Shown piece after piece: positions 39,120 through 52,831 of a stretch of 64,000 bases of DNA (position 1 is the first letter of the stretch; every line of letters begins with the position of its first letter). Location of the stretch: NCBI RefSeq assembly GCF_006345805.1, contig NC_043006.1:31372001-31436000 (forward strand), in the 5' to 3' direction. The position numbers and the translations under genes were made by a program. The notes under the pieces were generated by a model. It made no database searches and had not been told where the DNA came from. It saw nothing but the letters and a program-made list of their open reading frames with translations. Source of the stretch: Octopus sinensis. Its lineage: Eukaryota.

Positions 39120-41300
39120 GCAGAGCGAAAGAAAGAAGTTCGGGAAGTCGAAGCCAACTCATCGACTGAGTCCAATAGAATTCCCTATCTGTTGTATAAA
39201 AAGATGTTCCAGCCTTCTTGGATGACTTCAAAATTGTTAAGATCAGCATGGAGGACCCTGAAGGTTAGCAACCAGTGGATGATAACAGACAGAGTGTTTA
39301 TTCCCAAAGAACCAAACTCGTGTAACATCAGTTCAGTCAACTATTACTTCTGAATGTTGAGCAGAACATCCCTGTTATGGCGGCAAAGTTAACGAAACCC
39401 CTCGCATACAATAAGTACTTGGAAATGTCAGTTCCAGGAAGGGGATATTCTAGGAATATCTAGCTGCGTAGAGCATGCCACAATGATTTGATAAGCAATT
39501 CAGAGATTTAGAGCAGCGAAGAAGGACCTCGTTGTCGTGTGGTTTGATCTGACAAATGCCTGTTGATCAGTCCCACACTTGATGGTCTAATCTGCTCTCC
39601 GGGTGTACCATGTCTCAAAGAACATCCAAGAGATGTCGAAAAGATACTTTCATGGCTTCTCAATGCGATACTCTCCTCAAAGGATTTCTCAACAGACTGG
39701 ATCAATATGGAAGTTAACATTTCCACGGGCTGTGCCATTTCTCCAATTATTATTCGTGCTGGTAACGGGGGTCAGTGATGAACGGTACATGTCTGTCAGG
39801 TCTTGGAAACAGATACCGAATATCTTTTCTGGATGATGCTAGAATAGAGGAAACAGGTGGGATACTGTAGCAGTCATCGAGGATGAATTTCAAATTTAAG
39901 AAGTTACGCAGCCTCTCACACCGGAAGGGAAAGGTAGCTGATAATGATCCATTCCCTGGAGGTACCCAACCCCCTTCAACAATGCTAGGAGAGGTAGTCA
40001 AGAGTCTAGGAAGATGAAATGGTGATTACTTAAATGATGAAAAAAAGGGGGAGGGATCGAAGACATGCAAATGGCAGGACAGAGATTGAACGCAATAGAA
40101 TTAAGTGGCTTCTTTGGCAAATACAAAGTCTGGAACCTAAAGTTCCTGCTGGTTCCAAAGCTCCTTTGACTTTTGCTGATATATGATATCAGCACAATAT
40201 CATATATCATATATCAGCACAAGCACAGTGGAAATGATGAGAGCCAAGATTAATAAATTCCCCTGAAAATGGCTTGATATCCTATCTGTCCTCAATGATG
40301 TTACTTTCTACTGTTGTGAAAGAAGAGTACAAGACTGGGAAAGATAGGCTCTTATGTACGTCTGAATATTTAGGAGATAAGACTGTGATATCAATCAAAC
40401 CCAAACTGAGAGCTGGGACAAAATGGAAGGTTCAAGATGTAGCAAAAGGAAGCCAAAAGTTTAATGGAATACACGCTGATCAGCAGACAAGGACTAGGCT
40501 CAACGGAGTGGTCATCCAAAATACGGTAATTCAGGAGATAAGGGCAGGAGGTTATGTCAAGAGAATTCAGAAGGCAGGTCAGTATGGCCAACGGGGATAA
40601 CGGACGACATGAGAAAGTACACTGTAAAGGAGTCTCAGCTGGAATGACACAGGGCATATAACTCCACTTAGGATAAGTTTCATCCTCAGATCTGTATTTA
40701 ACCTCCAACCTTCAAGTATAAACCCAGTTAAGAACAGTGGAACGTGGAGCTCAGGCAAAGTGGCGCTAACCCAAGGAAGGTACACATAGAAACAAGTGGT
40801 CTTAATTGCAGTTTGTACTGTGAGAGGGAAAACAAAGTCATCAGAAGTATTACCAATGTTCTACACGACAGGGAGAAAAAGACTGTAACCTGGAACAGAT
40901 TTCAATTGAATCAAGCAAATAGGGTCTACTGGATGGAGAGGACGACAGGGACGGCTCAGTAAACCTTCCAAAATAAAGAAAACTCAACAACAGTGGTATG
41001 AGACTGGATATTGTACTTCACTCACGCACAACTAACAAGTGATTCTGATTGAATTCACTGTTATATAAAAACAGGAGGGAAGAAGCACACAGCTACAAGA
41101 CTGAGAAATATGGCAGTTTAGACGCCGAACTGAAAGAGTCAGGCTTCCAAGTAAAATTTCTTGTGATAGAGAAGTGAAAGATGGGATTTGTGGCTATATC
41201 TGCCTACGAGTTCATAAACTACACTCAATCTCTTGGGAAAACAGGACCGAAGCTCTGAAGACACAAGCCGCTGCGAAGAATTTCAAGGAAAATGAAAGTT
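39120..41300 (+). mobile_element. Decayed HERO/NeSL-type LINE (RT, zinc finger, RLE), 5'-truncated
   Basis: IPYLLYK, VFIPKEPNS, SCVEHA, VVWFDLTNAC*SVPH, TGCAISPII (RT) and LILIEFTV (RLE); many stops and frameshifts. Confidence 0.85.
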
Positions 41301-42461
41301 AACTTCGGAAAGTTTAATTTAGCCTATTAGTCGACTGATGTCTTAGACCGAACAGGTTACGGTATCCAAAGAACTTTAAACTCTGGTGTAGTTTTACCAC
41401 CTAGAAACGGCGTGGGTTGTAATGCAAACTGTAGCAGAGAGTGCGGCAGCAGAAGGTAACCCGATATCAATACAGCCCGGTCACAGTGGAATGTAAGCAG
41501 TTAAAGGACGAAATACATCACCACACACACGCACGTTTGATGGCCTCTCCTATCGTATTTGACAGACGAGGGTTGCGCAACTTCCCACTGAGCGACCTAC
41601 ACAGATGACTTGTTTCTAGTGACTAATTGCATGTGCTGTACACTATTAGCTTAGACCCTCCATCAAGTTGATATTGTCTGAACAGGTGCGCGGTGCACCC
41701 AATATCAGATGTCGAAGCCATCGCAGAGCAATGTGAAATGAAGTGCTTTGCTCAAGAACACAATAGATAGAGAATATACAAATGATTAAAAGAGTATATG
41801 TGCGTTCGTATATATGTGTGTGTTTGTATGTATATATGATAGCTAATTAGCTGTGTGTATTTAATTGTGTCTATATATAGACATAATTATACACACATCT
41901 AATTATCACTCATACCTTCTCCTTCCCATTTATTATGCTCTTTCGCCCCAAGACAGCTTTAAGCCTTGATAACGTTGACATTTCACCAAATGGGGTCCAG
42001 TTTACTAGTGGTTTTCAACCGTTTTTTTTTTCTTTTGCTTCTATGGGTCCCTTTTATCCCTATTTTACTAGGAAAGGACAATTTGATGTTTAAAAAATTC
42101 CATTCTATTTATATTATAAAAGAATAGTTAAAACATTTTGTGTACTTTAGAAATATAATCTATTTATTGGTAATAAATTTTAACACCAACATTTCGTATG
42201 GATTCCCAAGGATCATAAGGATCCTGGTGAAGCACCTCTGTAGTCCAGCCATGCCCATCACATCTTCGTTTTGCACATCATACGACAAAGTGTTTTCCTT
42301 CGCTTCCTTTCTCTTTTGTAAAAGTTGACAAGCTGAGTGATATTTAGCTGCTATTTCTACATAGAGGAGGCGCCTTCCTATATGTTTGTAAGTGTAAAGT
42401 GCAAGGATTGCTTGCTGTAATTAGTTTTACTCAAATTGCATTTCACCTCCTAATTGTCACT

Positions 42462-42514
<53 letters not shown>

Positions 42515-43072
42515 ATATATATATATCCTCCTCCTCTCCCCTTCCCTCTGCCACCACCTACCTTGTTTACATAGATATGTGAGCTTGTATATTTATGCAT
42601 ACATACATACTCTCACACACACAGAGAAATATAAAAATTATGAACTCAGATATATAAACATATGCATGCGTGTATGTGTGTATACATACACTCATACACA
42701 CACATACATGCATACACACATACAGGTACACATGCACATACCACACACATACATACACATACATACACATATACACACATACACATGTGCATAGATACGT
42801 ACAGACACACACACACACATATGTGTGTGTTTTCTTTAGCAAGAGTAGTTAATGACGGTGATTTCGGTATTAGTTTCCGCCTGTTAATACTTCATCTGCT
42901 GGAACTTCGAAGTCACTCTCATTATTCTTCTTCTTAAACAATAATAAATTTGTATTCTTCTCAAAGTATCAAGTAATCTTTCATTATAGCCTCTCTCTCT
43001 CTCTTTCTGACCGCTAAATCCACAAGTTTTTTTTTTAAATTTATTATCTCACTGTATATTTTCCTTTATTCA

Positions 43073-43106
43073 TTTCTGTTGAAGAGCGTAGGCTCGAAAC
43101 GTAAAA
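43073..43106 (+). ncRNA. Minimal hammerhead-like motif, CUGU core variant (pLTR remnant 43073-43200)
   Basis: TTT-CTGTTGA-A-GAGC-GTAG-GCTC-GAAAC-GT-A-AAA. Confidence 0.5.
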
Positions 43107-43223
43107 GACTTTCTCACCTTCTTGAGCGTGAAACTAATACACCTGCTTGTTGTTCATACACCTGCCTTCCTTTTTTGCTTCTCTATAAATTTCACTATAT
43201 ATATATATATATATATATGCTCC

Positions 43224-43616
43224 CTTTTACTTGTTTCAGTCATTTGACTGCGGCCATGCTGGAGCACCGCCTTTAGTCGAGCAAATCGACCCCAGAGCTT
43301 ATTCTTTGTAAGCCTAGGACTTATTCTATCGGTCTCTTTTGGTGAACCGCTAAGTTACGAGTGACATAAACACACCAACATCGGTTGTGATGTGATGTTG
43401 GGGAGGGGGACAAATACAGACACAAACATATACACCCACACATACATATACAACGGGCTTCTTCCAGTTTCCGTCTACCAACTCTACTCACAAGGCTTTG
43501 GTCGGCCCGAGGCTATAGTAGAAGACACTTGCCCAAGGTGACACGCAGTGGGCCTGAACCCGGGACCATGTGGTTGGTAAGCAAGGTACTTACCACACAG
43601 CCACTCCTGCGCCTAT
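43224..43616 (-). mobile_element. SINE family A
   Basis: Full length, reverse strand. Confidence 0.92.
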
Positions 43617-43648
43617 ATAACTTTTATTTGCGCCTGTATATATATATT

Positions 43649-44011
43649 CTTTTATATGTTTCAGTCACTTGACTGTGGCCATGCTGGAGCAGCGCCTTTA
43701 GTCTAACAAATCGATCCCAGGACTTATTCTTTGTAAGCCTAGTACTTATTCTATCGGTCACTTCTATCGAACTGCTAAGTTACGGGGACGTAAACACACC
43801 AACATCGGTTGTCAAGCGATGGTGGGGGACGAATAGACACACAAACATATACACGGGCTTCTTTCAGTTTCCGTTTACCAAATCCACGCACAAGGCTTTA
43901 GTCAACCCTTGGCTATAGTAGAAGACAGTTGCCCAAGGTGCCACGCAATGGAACTGAACCCGGAGCCATGTAGTTAGTAAGCAAGCTACTTACCACACAG
44001 CCACTCCTGCG

Positions 44012-44016
<5 letters not shown>
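43649..44016 (-). mobile_element. SINE family A, tandem with the previous copy
   Basis: Full length, reverse strand. Confidence 0.92.
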
Positions 44017-44048
<32 letters not shown>

Positions 44049-44482
44049 TGATTGATTGATTGAATCTTCTGATTGAATCTCCCATGTGTTGACAAGTATC
44101 TCCTTGCGACAATGTAAACTTTCATTTAATCAAGATATCCTTAGCCTGAAGAGTACCCTGCGGTATACACCTCACCTGGATATTTACCACATCTGTGGTT
44201 CCACTTGCCACAAAACATACGTAGCCCAGATCTTATCTACTTCATTCCTTAACTCTTGTATTCTTAGTTACACACCCAGCAACCCTGGTTGCCTAACGTA
44301 AAATATAAAAAGAACTTTTTTCAGTTTATCGTTCTTCGATTCGAAAAAAAAAAAAAACCTGCCTTCTCAATAAACCACTATTGTCCATGAAAGTTGTTTT
44401 TTTTATATATATATATATTTACTACGAATTGCTTAAAGCTAACAGTCTTCCTACGCCTCAATCTCTGGATCTTACATTTATT

Positions 44483-44571
<89 letters not shown>

Positions 44572-44661
44572 AGTGTGTGTGTGTGTGTTTGTGTGTGTGG
44601 CTGTATGGTAAGAAATTTGCTTCCTTACTATGTGGTTTCGGGTAAGTGTCTTCCAGTAGGG

Positions 44662-44912
44662 CAGTGGTTCTCAACTGGGGTCCACATGACGCTGGAGGGG
44701 TCCATATAGAATTTTCTTGTTAAAGTTTATCTGCAATAAATCGGTTATACTTCTACAATTGACAAAATACCTTAAGATCTTTTTTTAGTACAATACCTAA
44801 TAATATTTAATTAGAGAAATATAATAGGATAACCAGTAAAAATTGAGTGCCTATAAGGGTCTGCTCGAGTAGAATAGGAATCAAAGAGGTCCATAGGTAC
44901 AAAATGGTAAGG
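44662..44912 (+). mobile_element. hAT-type MITE
   Basis: Starts cagtggttctcaactggggtcc; homologous to 60765-60947 in reverse. Confidence 0.7.
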
Positions 44913-44975
44913 AACGAAAGCCTTGTGAGTGGATTTGGTGGAAACTGAAAGAAGCTAGTCGTATATGTATATGTA

Positions 44976-45012
<37 letters not shown>

Positions 45013-45074
45013 ACGTCCCTGTAACTTAACGGTACTACAGTATAACCGCAGTCTAACAAGTGAAAACAAATAAA

Positions 45075-45692
45075 AGAATGTATATATATATATATACATA
45101 TATACATACATATATATATATACATACATACATGTATACATATATATATATATATACATACATACATGTATACATATATATATACATACATATATATATA
45201 TACATACATACATATATATATATACATACATACATACATGTATACATATATATATACATACATATATACATATATATATACATACATATATATATATATA
45301 TATACATACATATATATATACATACATATATATATATACACATACATATATATATACATATATATACATACATGCATTCATATATACATACATATATATA
45401 CATACACACATATACATACATATATACATAAGTATATATATATACATATATATATACATACATATACATACATATATATGTATATATATACATACATATA
45501 TATATGTATATATATTATATACATACATATATTATTTTATTATATTATATATATACATACATATATATATGTATATATATATATGTATGTATGTATAGAC
45601 ATACATTATATATATATATAATGATATTATATGTATGTATGATGTATAGACATACATATATATATATATATATTGTATGTATAGATATAACC

Positions 45693-45724
<32 letters not shown>

Positions 45725-45778
45725 GTATGTATATACATATATATATATATATATTATGTATATATTATATGTATATAC

Positions 45779-45835
<57 letters not shown>

Positions 45836-45840
45836 TATAT
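45075..45840. repeat. (TA)n/(TACA)n low-complexity tract
   Basis: Direct. Confidence 0.97.
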
Positions 45841-45843
45841 GAT

Positions 45844-46209
45844 GGGGAGGCCCAGTAGTTAGGGCAGCGGACTCGCGGTCGTAGGATCACGGTTTCGATT
45901 CCCCGACCGGACGTTGTGAGTGTTTATTGAGCGAAAAATACCTAAAGCTCTTACGAAGTTCCAGCAGGGGGGTAGTGGCAAACTCTGCTGTACTCTTTCA
46001 CCACAACTTTCTCTCACTCTTTCTTCCTGATTCTGTTGTACGTGTATTTCAAAGGGCCAGCCTTGTCACACTGAATCTCCATGAGAACTACGTTAAGGGT
46101 ACACCTATGTGTGGAGTGCTCGGCCACTTGCATGTTAATTCACGAGAAGGCTGTTCCGTTGATCGGATCAACTGGAACCCTCGTCGTCGCAACCGACGGA
46201 GTGCCACTA
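45844..46209 (+). mobile_element. SINE with family C head and family D tail
   Basis: ggcccagtagttagggcagcggactcgcgg...ggtttcgattccc head; tail ccgttgatcggatcaactggaacc matches 21765-21930 in reverse. Confidence 0.8.
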
Positions 46210-47003
46210 TATATACATATATATAATAACCGTTTTATTGCAAGCCACCCACTCATACCTCTTCAAGCCTGTCGTGTACCTCTTCACCCTCATCTACTCA
46301 CTACTGCTACTATTTCATACAAGTTCGCTTCCACTGACTAAAAGTCTTGTGCTTTTGTTTTGTTGTTTTTGGCGATAATAACCAAATTCTAAAGACTGAA
46401 CCTTCTTTACACTTATGACCCTTCCCTACGATATTAGCCGAACCCCTCCAACTCCCTTTAAATTTCAACTCATTTATCATTTATCTATTTATTGGCACCA
46501 GTCCCAAATATTTCTTTTTCTTTTTTGTTTTGTTCCAACGGATGTATTCAAACACGAAACAACTGCGACTATTTTTAGAAAAACCAAAAAAAGCGAAAAC
46601 AACAACAACGTCAAACACCCTCCCTCCCATCACCACCACCACCACCACTACCGCCTCTGTTGCCGCCGCCGCCGCCACCGTCTGTTTTTCGAAAGGGTTA
46701 TCTTCTAACAGACACGCCAACACTATCAACTGTTTGATTTTTTTAAAGAATTTACGACTAACATTTTATCTTGTAATAATTTTTTTTTTGTTTCGGTTGT
46801 ATTTCTGTATTATCTTTTAACCGAAATTATCAAAACAAGCATTAGTATTTCATGATGACAATGATGATGATGAATGGAAGAACGAAAGTGAATTCCCATT
46901 TCTTGTTTTTAGTAAGTGATTAATTAGCAATCAAGAAATTAATCTGAGTGGGAGTGGAAGCATACACACACACACACACATATATGTTATCATTATCATT
47001 GAC

Positions 47004-47210
47004 TTCAAATTTTTTGCACGAGGCCTGCAATTTTGTGAGAAGGAGGTAATCGATTACGTCGACCCCTAGTATTTAGCTGGTATTTATTCTGTCGACCCGA
47101 AACGATTAAAGGCAAAGTCGACCTCGGCGGAATTTGAAATCAGAACGTAAAGACGTAGTAAATGCCACTAAACATTTTGTCCGGCGTGTTAATGATTCTG
47201 CCAGCTCGCT
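47004..47210 (-). mobile_element. SINE family B
   Basis: ggcaaagtcgacctcggcggaatttga...gattctgccagctcgc. Confidence 0.85.
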
Positions 47211-48036
47211 GGCTTTATTATTATTTTCTATCTATGAAATAAAACCGAAACAGACAAATCTACTCTGTGATATTTAGTTACGAGTTTCTAGGTTATAAGT
47301 TCGAATGCCCGCTGGGTCGTGTTAGCTTTCTATCGTTCTGGGACGGCGATAAAAAGAAATACCAGTCGAGTGCCGACGATTCGAATAATTTCATAATACA
47401 CCCCTCTTCAAAATTCTGTGGCTTTCTGCCACTGTTAGGAACGATTATTATAATAAATATTGTTGTTGTTGTTGTTGTGTTTAATTATTACTTGCATCGA
47501 ATATCTTAGCCTTTTTTTTTTTTACGCTGAAGAAACTATTCAGTCTATGTTTGCATGTATGAATACACGTGTTATGTGGAGAGATAAAGAAGAGCCACTT
47601 ACTTTGGCAGTCCCCAAACATTAAAATCCACAGTCAAAAAGCAAACTTAAAAATGTTCGGTAGTTGAAATGTGCCAGTCGGTCGGCAAATAATCTGTGTA
47701 TAGTGATATCCAGTAGTAGTAGTAATACTACTACTACTACTAATATCATTATTATTATTATTACTACTGTCTTACTTGTTGAAATGTCTCTATTGATTGC
47801 GCTGACATCTGGTGGGAAGCACGTCTGCAAGGGACGATGGTAGGAGAGTGAAACAGATATGAACGGCTTGTGTATTACACCCTGAACCAAATTTGGATTA
47901 ATAATTAATAAGTAGTCTCCTAAAAGACTTCAAAGTAAGATTCCAGTAATATTTTAACATTTCATAACTTTGTTCCAACCAAACTGTGCGATAAAACATA
48001 CTTTCGGATTTATTTAATTAGTGTTACACACACACG

Positions 48037-48100
<64 letters not shown>

Positions 48101-48783
48101 TCCATCTATACATATTATGTTATATATTTTTTACTCTTGAAGGAAAAAAATAACCTAACATCTAAAAGAGTAGATTCGATTTTGGTCTCAAGTTCATTTA
48201 ATATTTCTGTGTTTTTTATTTTTAAATATAATTTAGATCCTCCTTCAAAATGTTGTCTTAGTATAATAGTAAAGAATAATCGAGATAGTCTCTCTACTTT
48301 TGAACTACTTCTCGCCTCTGCTACCGAACCCTGATGGACTTAAGCATGTGTAATTGTGTGAATATGTCTGATTTTTTATTTATTTCGTTTGTCTCATTGT
48401 ATTCCCTTCCTTAATCAGTGTTACGTTCCTCGCTCTCACTCTAACACTGGTTGGAATATGTAGAACCATTTTACACATTTATTACTTATAGCCCGTTTTT
48501 TTTTCTTCTTCATTAATCCATTTAATAATTAATTAGTATTTAATTATTGACTCGTAAAGGCTGACAAGGATTAATTTACCGAGCGTGCGTACGCATACAA
48601 AAGATAAAAGCGAAAAGAATTAATTCGGCTTTACTATTATTATTATTATCATTACTATATTATTATTATCATTATTAGCAGCAATATCAAAATTCCACTC
48701 CTAAAGAAAGGCTGGAAGTCGCTGCGCTTGTTTATGTCTGTTCGAATTGGGCCGCCCAGAACGGTGTCTGACTGTTCTGGCCG

Positions 48784-49277
48784 ATGCGCCACACCTCCCA
48801 GAACGGCCTTCAAGCACGTTCCCCGCGCTACCCTACTCAATTGAATGTTTGTCTGGATATGGGAGACAATCTACGTCCAGTCTACAACGAGCCTTGTCAC
48901 AAGAAAACGAAAGTTGGGGAAGACGATTTGGCAGTGCCTATACAGCATCAGGAATCGGCTGGCTGCAGCCTGTCAGATTGTAGCGAAAGTTCCTGGTCTA
49001 CAGAGGACTCGTGCAGTGCTAGTCGTCGCAGTAGTGCTACAACCCACGGGAGTAAGAACAACAACAACAGTGGACCTAAAGTGAATCGTAAGCGCAAAAA
49101 CTCACCTACGTCTCACGGGCCCTCTTCTCCGGCCACAGTTATACCTCCAACTTCGCAGATTCCACGACAACGAATGGCTGCTAACGCCAGGGAACGTGAC
49201 CGCACACATAGTGTGAACACAGCTTTTGTTACACTTCGAACATTAATCCCAACAGAACCAGCCGATCGCAAATTATC
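48784..49277 (+). CDS. SCX/TCF15: Scleraxis/Paraxis (TCF15)-like Twist-family bHLH transcription factor, 3'-truncated by assembly gap
   Basis: [37 protein letters not shown](S) from 49165 is the diagnostic scleraxis/paraxis basic-helix1-loop; intact ORF from ATG 48784 (alternative ATG at 48859). Confidence 0.9.
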
Positions 49278-49377
49278 NNNNNNNNNNNNNNNNNNNNNNN
49301 NNNNNNNNNNNNNNNNNNNNNNNNNNNNNNNNNNNNNNNNNNNNNNNNNNNNNNNNNNNNNNNNNNNNNNNNNNNNN
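49278..49377. other. Assembly gap (100 N, probably placeholder size)
   Basis: Direct. Confidence 0.99.
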
Positions 49378-49839
49378 TGGTCGTTGTTCATCTGCAGGTT
49401 AGCTCTGCACAAATTTAAGAAACATGGTAGTTCAGCTTAACCACCCGTAATATTTGTATTTAGGTCTGTGCTACTACTTATACCTGTCTCTGTTGTAGAA
49501 TCAGTCGCTTGATAATTGAGGCCGATTTTGGCTGCTATTTCTTGCATTTCAACGGCACACTTAGAGATATATGCATTGGCTCATCTTAGTAATATAACTA
49601 AGGAAGTGAGATGTGCCCCCAGGATTTCATGTTGAAACATCCCTCAGAAACCCCAAATAAAGTCGTCCCCAAAGATTAGACGTGTACATTTGATATCCGA
49701 ATTAAGGGTGTTAATATATTCATTCAAAGAATACACACACACACACATAACTCGTCTATAAATATATAATATATAAAGTTTCATTCTAAGATACTATTTG
49801 TGTGGTTAGGTACATGGTTGTGGTAACACACTTATGCAT

Positions 49840-49922
49840 GCACATACCTATATGTATATATATTATATATATATATATATATATATCTATATATATATAT
49901 TATATATATTATATAGATAGAT

Positions 49923-49965
<43 letters not shown>

Positions 49966-50730
49966 TGTAATATAGATATTATATATATGTATATATATAT
50001 TATATTATATTTATATATATATAAATATGTTATATATATATGTATATATATATATATATCCTTCGTATATATATGTATATGTTTATATATATATGTATAT
50101 ATATATATCTTTGATAGGTTTCGGCCATTATTGGCCCAGGCCATGTCTAACTTATAGCACCACCTGGTGCTATTAAGTATATATGTATATATGTATATAT
50201 ATGTATGTATATATATATATCCTTCGTATATATATGTGGTGTATATGTATATATGTGTATGTATATATGTGTATGTATATATATAATATAAGGTATATAT
50301 ATATATATGTGTATGTATTATATAATATATAGTTATATATATATATATGTGTATGTATATATATATATATTATATATATAATATTTATTTATATATATAT
50401 ATGTATTTATATATATATATGTATATTATATTATATATGTATATTTATATATATATATGTATATTTATATATATATATGTATATTTATATATATATGTAT
50501 ATTTATATATATATATGTATATATGTATATGTATATATGTATGTATATGTATATGTATATATGTATGTATGTATTATAGGTATATGTATATATGTATATA
50601 TATATGTATATATTATATGTTATATATTTATATATATCTATATATATATATATATATATAATATGTATATATATACATGTGTGTGTGTGTGTGTAAATTT
50701 TTATATAAATATATATATATATATGTGTGC
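49840..50730. repeat. (TA)n/(TATG)n low-complexity tract
   Basis: Direct. Confidence 0.97.
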
Positions 50731-51182
50731 GTGTGTGGTGTGTGTGTGTGTGTGTAAATTTTTTTTTGCCTTATTCGACTTGCGTCAGTCCCTGGGTGAA
50801 ATGAGCATCTTATTAAAAAAAAAAAAAACTTCGTTTCGCAAATATCAACACTCAATTGTCCAGTAGAAATGAGTAACTCCGTCAACCACTGAAGCCCGAT
50901 ACTTCCAAATGACCCAACAACTGTATTAATCCTTGCCGCGGCACAATAATCTTTTATCTGATCGAAGAATCACAGAGAGGCTTCTTTGGTTGATGTATTA
51001 CTTGATAATATTCCTCTAACAATCAAGATTTCTGATGATTCCTGGGATCAATCTATACTCCATGTTATCGATTAGATATGTTATCGATTAAAGTATTAAT
51101 TTAGAATCTCAGACTGGAATCTTTCAAGCGGAGGGTACAATAATTCGACCATATCAGCTACACATTCTAGGATGCTGCTGGG

Positions 51183-51340
51183 CTCTTCTTCTTCTGTCTT
51201 CTTCTTCTTTCTTCTTCTTCTTCTTCTTCTTCTTCTTATTCTTCTTCTTTTCTTATTCTTCTTCTTTCTTCTTCTTCTTCTTTCTTCTTCTTCTTCTTCT
51301 TCTTCTTCTTCTTCTCTTGTTCTTCTCTTCTTCTTCTTCT
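51183..51340. repeat. (CTT)n microsatellite
   Basis: Direct. Confidence 0.97.
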
Positions 51341-51662
51341 ATAGTATGTTTCGTCATATCACTTAAATGTGTATATATATATATATATATATATAATTAG
51401 ATAGATAGAGATGATAGATAGATAGATAGATAGACATGTAAAAATTATAAAACATTATTACAATACAATTGTGTTATTTTCCAGCAAAAATTGGTATCTT
51501 GTCCCACTATTTCATATTTATATAGACATGCATATATATATATACATATACATATATACACATTTATGGATATATGTGTTTATATATCATCATCATCATC
51601 ATCGTTTAACATGCGTTCTCCATGCTAGCATATGTCTGTGCATATAAGCATATATATATGTA

Positions 51663-51715
<53 letters not shown>

Positions 51716-51864
51716 GTTGTGTGTGTGTGTGTGTAGTATGTGGGATGTATTTGAGGACATGTTTGATAATTTAATAAACCAACACTAATCTAACAAAACC
51801 CAAATGCAGTTTAATACAAAAACAAAAGTAGCGTACATGTTCTCAAGAAGCATTCTTGTAAGAT

Positions 51865-52831
51865 TATTCTGAATCCACTTTTAGTTTCAATGACTGCTTC
51901 AATGATGGACCGGAATCGTTGACATGCCGACTCTAAATGGTCCTTATTCATTTCGCATATCACCTGGACAATATTCGTCTTCAGTGAACTTTCAAACGTT
52001 GTAATCCATTGGATTAATATCTGTCGAATTTGAGAAACACAAATCTCGTGTTATATGATCGGAAAAATCGCGAAGGTTGTGACATCCATTCTTTGGTTAC
52101 TGGGTTTTACTGAGGAGGGGATTAGGGTTAGGGTAAATCCTGTTGAAACACGTACGGCATAATTCTTTCATCCAGAGCTTAAAAAGCTGTCTTCAGCATC
52201 TCCACCATCAGCATTAATTCCAAGACCCTGTGAAAAAAAAGTGAGATGACATGTCATGACCTTCCTTACTCACCTTCCCTAAAACCATCACAGTTACTGG
52301 AATTTTAATGTGAAACAATCTGTAGGCTTCAGAACAATCTTCCTCATAACCATCAGTCATTATTTCACTTGTTAGACTTTTGGTATTCATTGAATTTTTT
52401 TCTCATCCCAAAAGAACTAGTATGTTATGTTTTTCAGGGATTTTACACTTAAGTAACCATCTGGCACAAATCAAACGATTTTTCTGTGTCTTTGCAAACA
52501 CGAATAAGGCTTCTCCTCGGTAAATATGATTTTAATGTCTTCTCGCACCAAAGTTCTAATAGTCCACTCCGACGCCTGAAGTTATTGATTTTTGATATCA
52601 TTGACTCTTTCTGGATCATCATCGATAATATTGTAAATCTGTTGGATGAACTGCGGTAACCTTATACTGTCCGAAATTTGTTCCCCGCTTCGAAACACTT
52701 AAAACATTTCCTCCAAATGTTTCTCGTTCCATCCGTACTTTGCGTACAAAAGATGTTACATTGAAAAAAATACTAATTCCTAAATTACTATGTTCTGCAC
52801 ATATGGCAACGATGACTGCATATCTTCTCAT
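51865..52831 (-). pseudogene. Decayed Tc1/mariner DD37D (maT-like) transposase
   Basis: MRRYAVIVAI...FVRKVR N-terminus; FWDEKKF, KFPxTVMVLG-like, FQQD and STDINPMDY motifs across frames. Confidence 0.8.

Noticed and set aside
49378-49440. Continuation of the bHLH ORF after the gap
   Set aside because: Frame across a placeholder gap is meaningless and the peptide lacks helix 2
52120-52135. (TTAGGG)2 telomere-like motif
   Set aside because: Two units only; expected by chance or slippage
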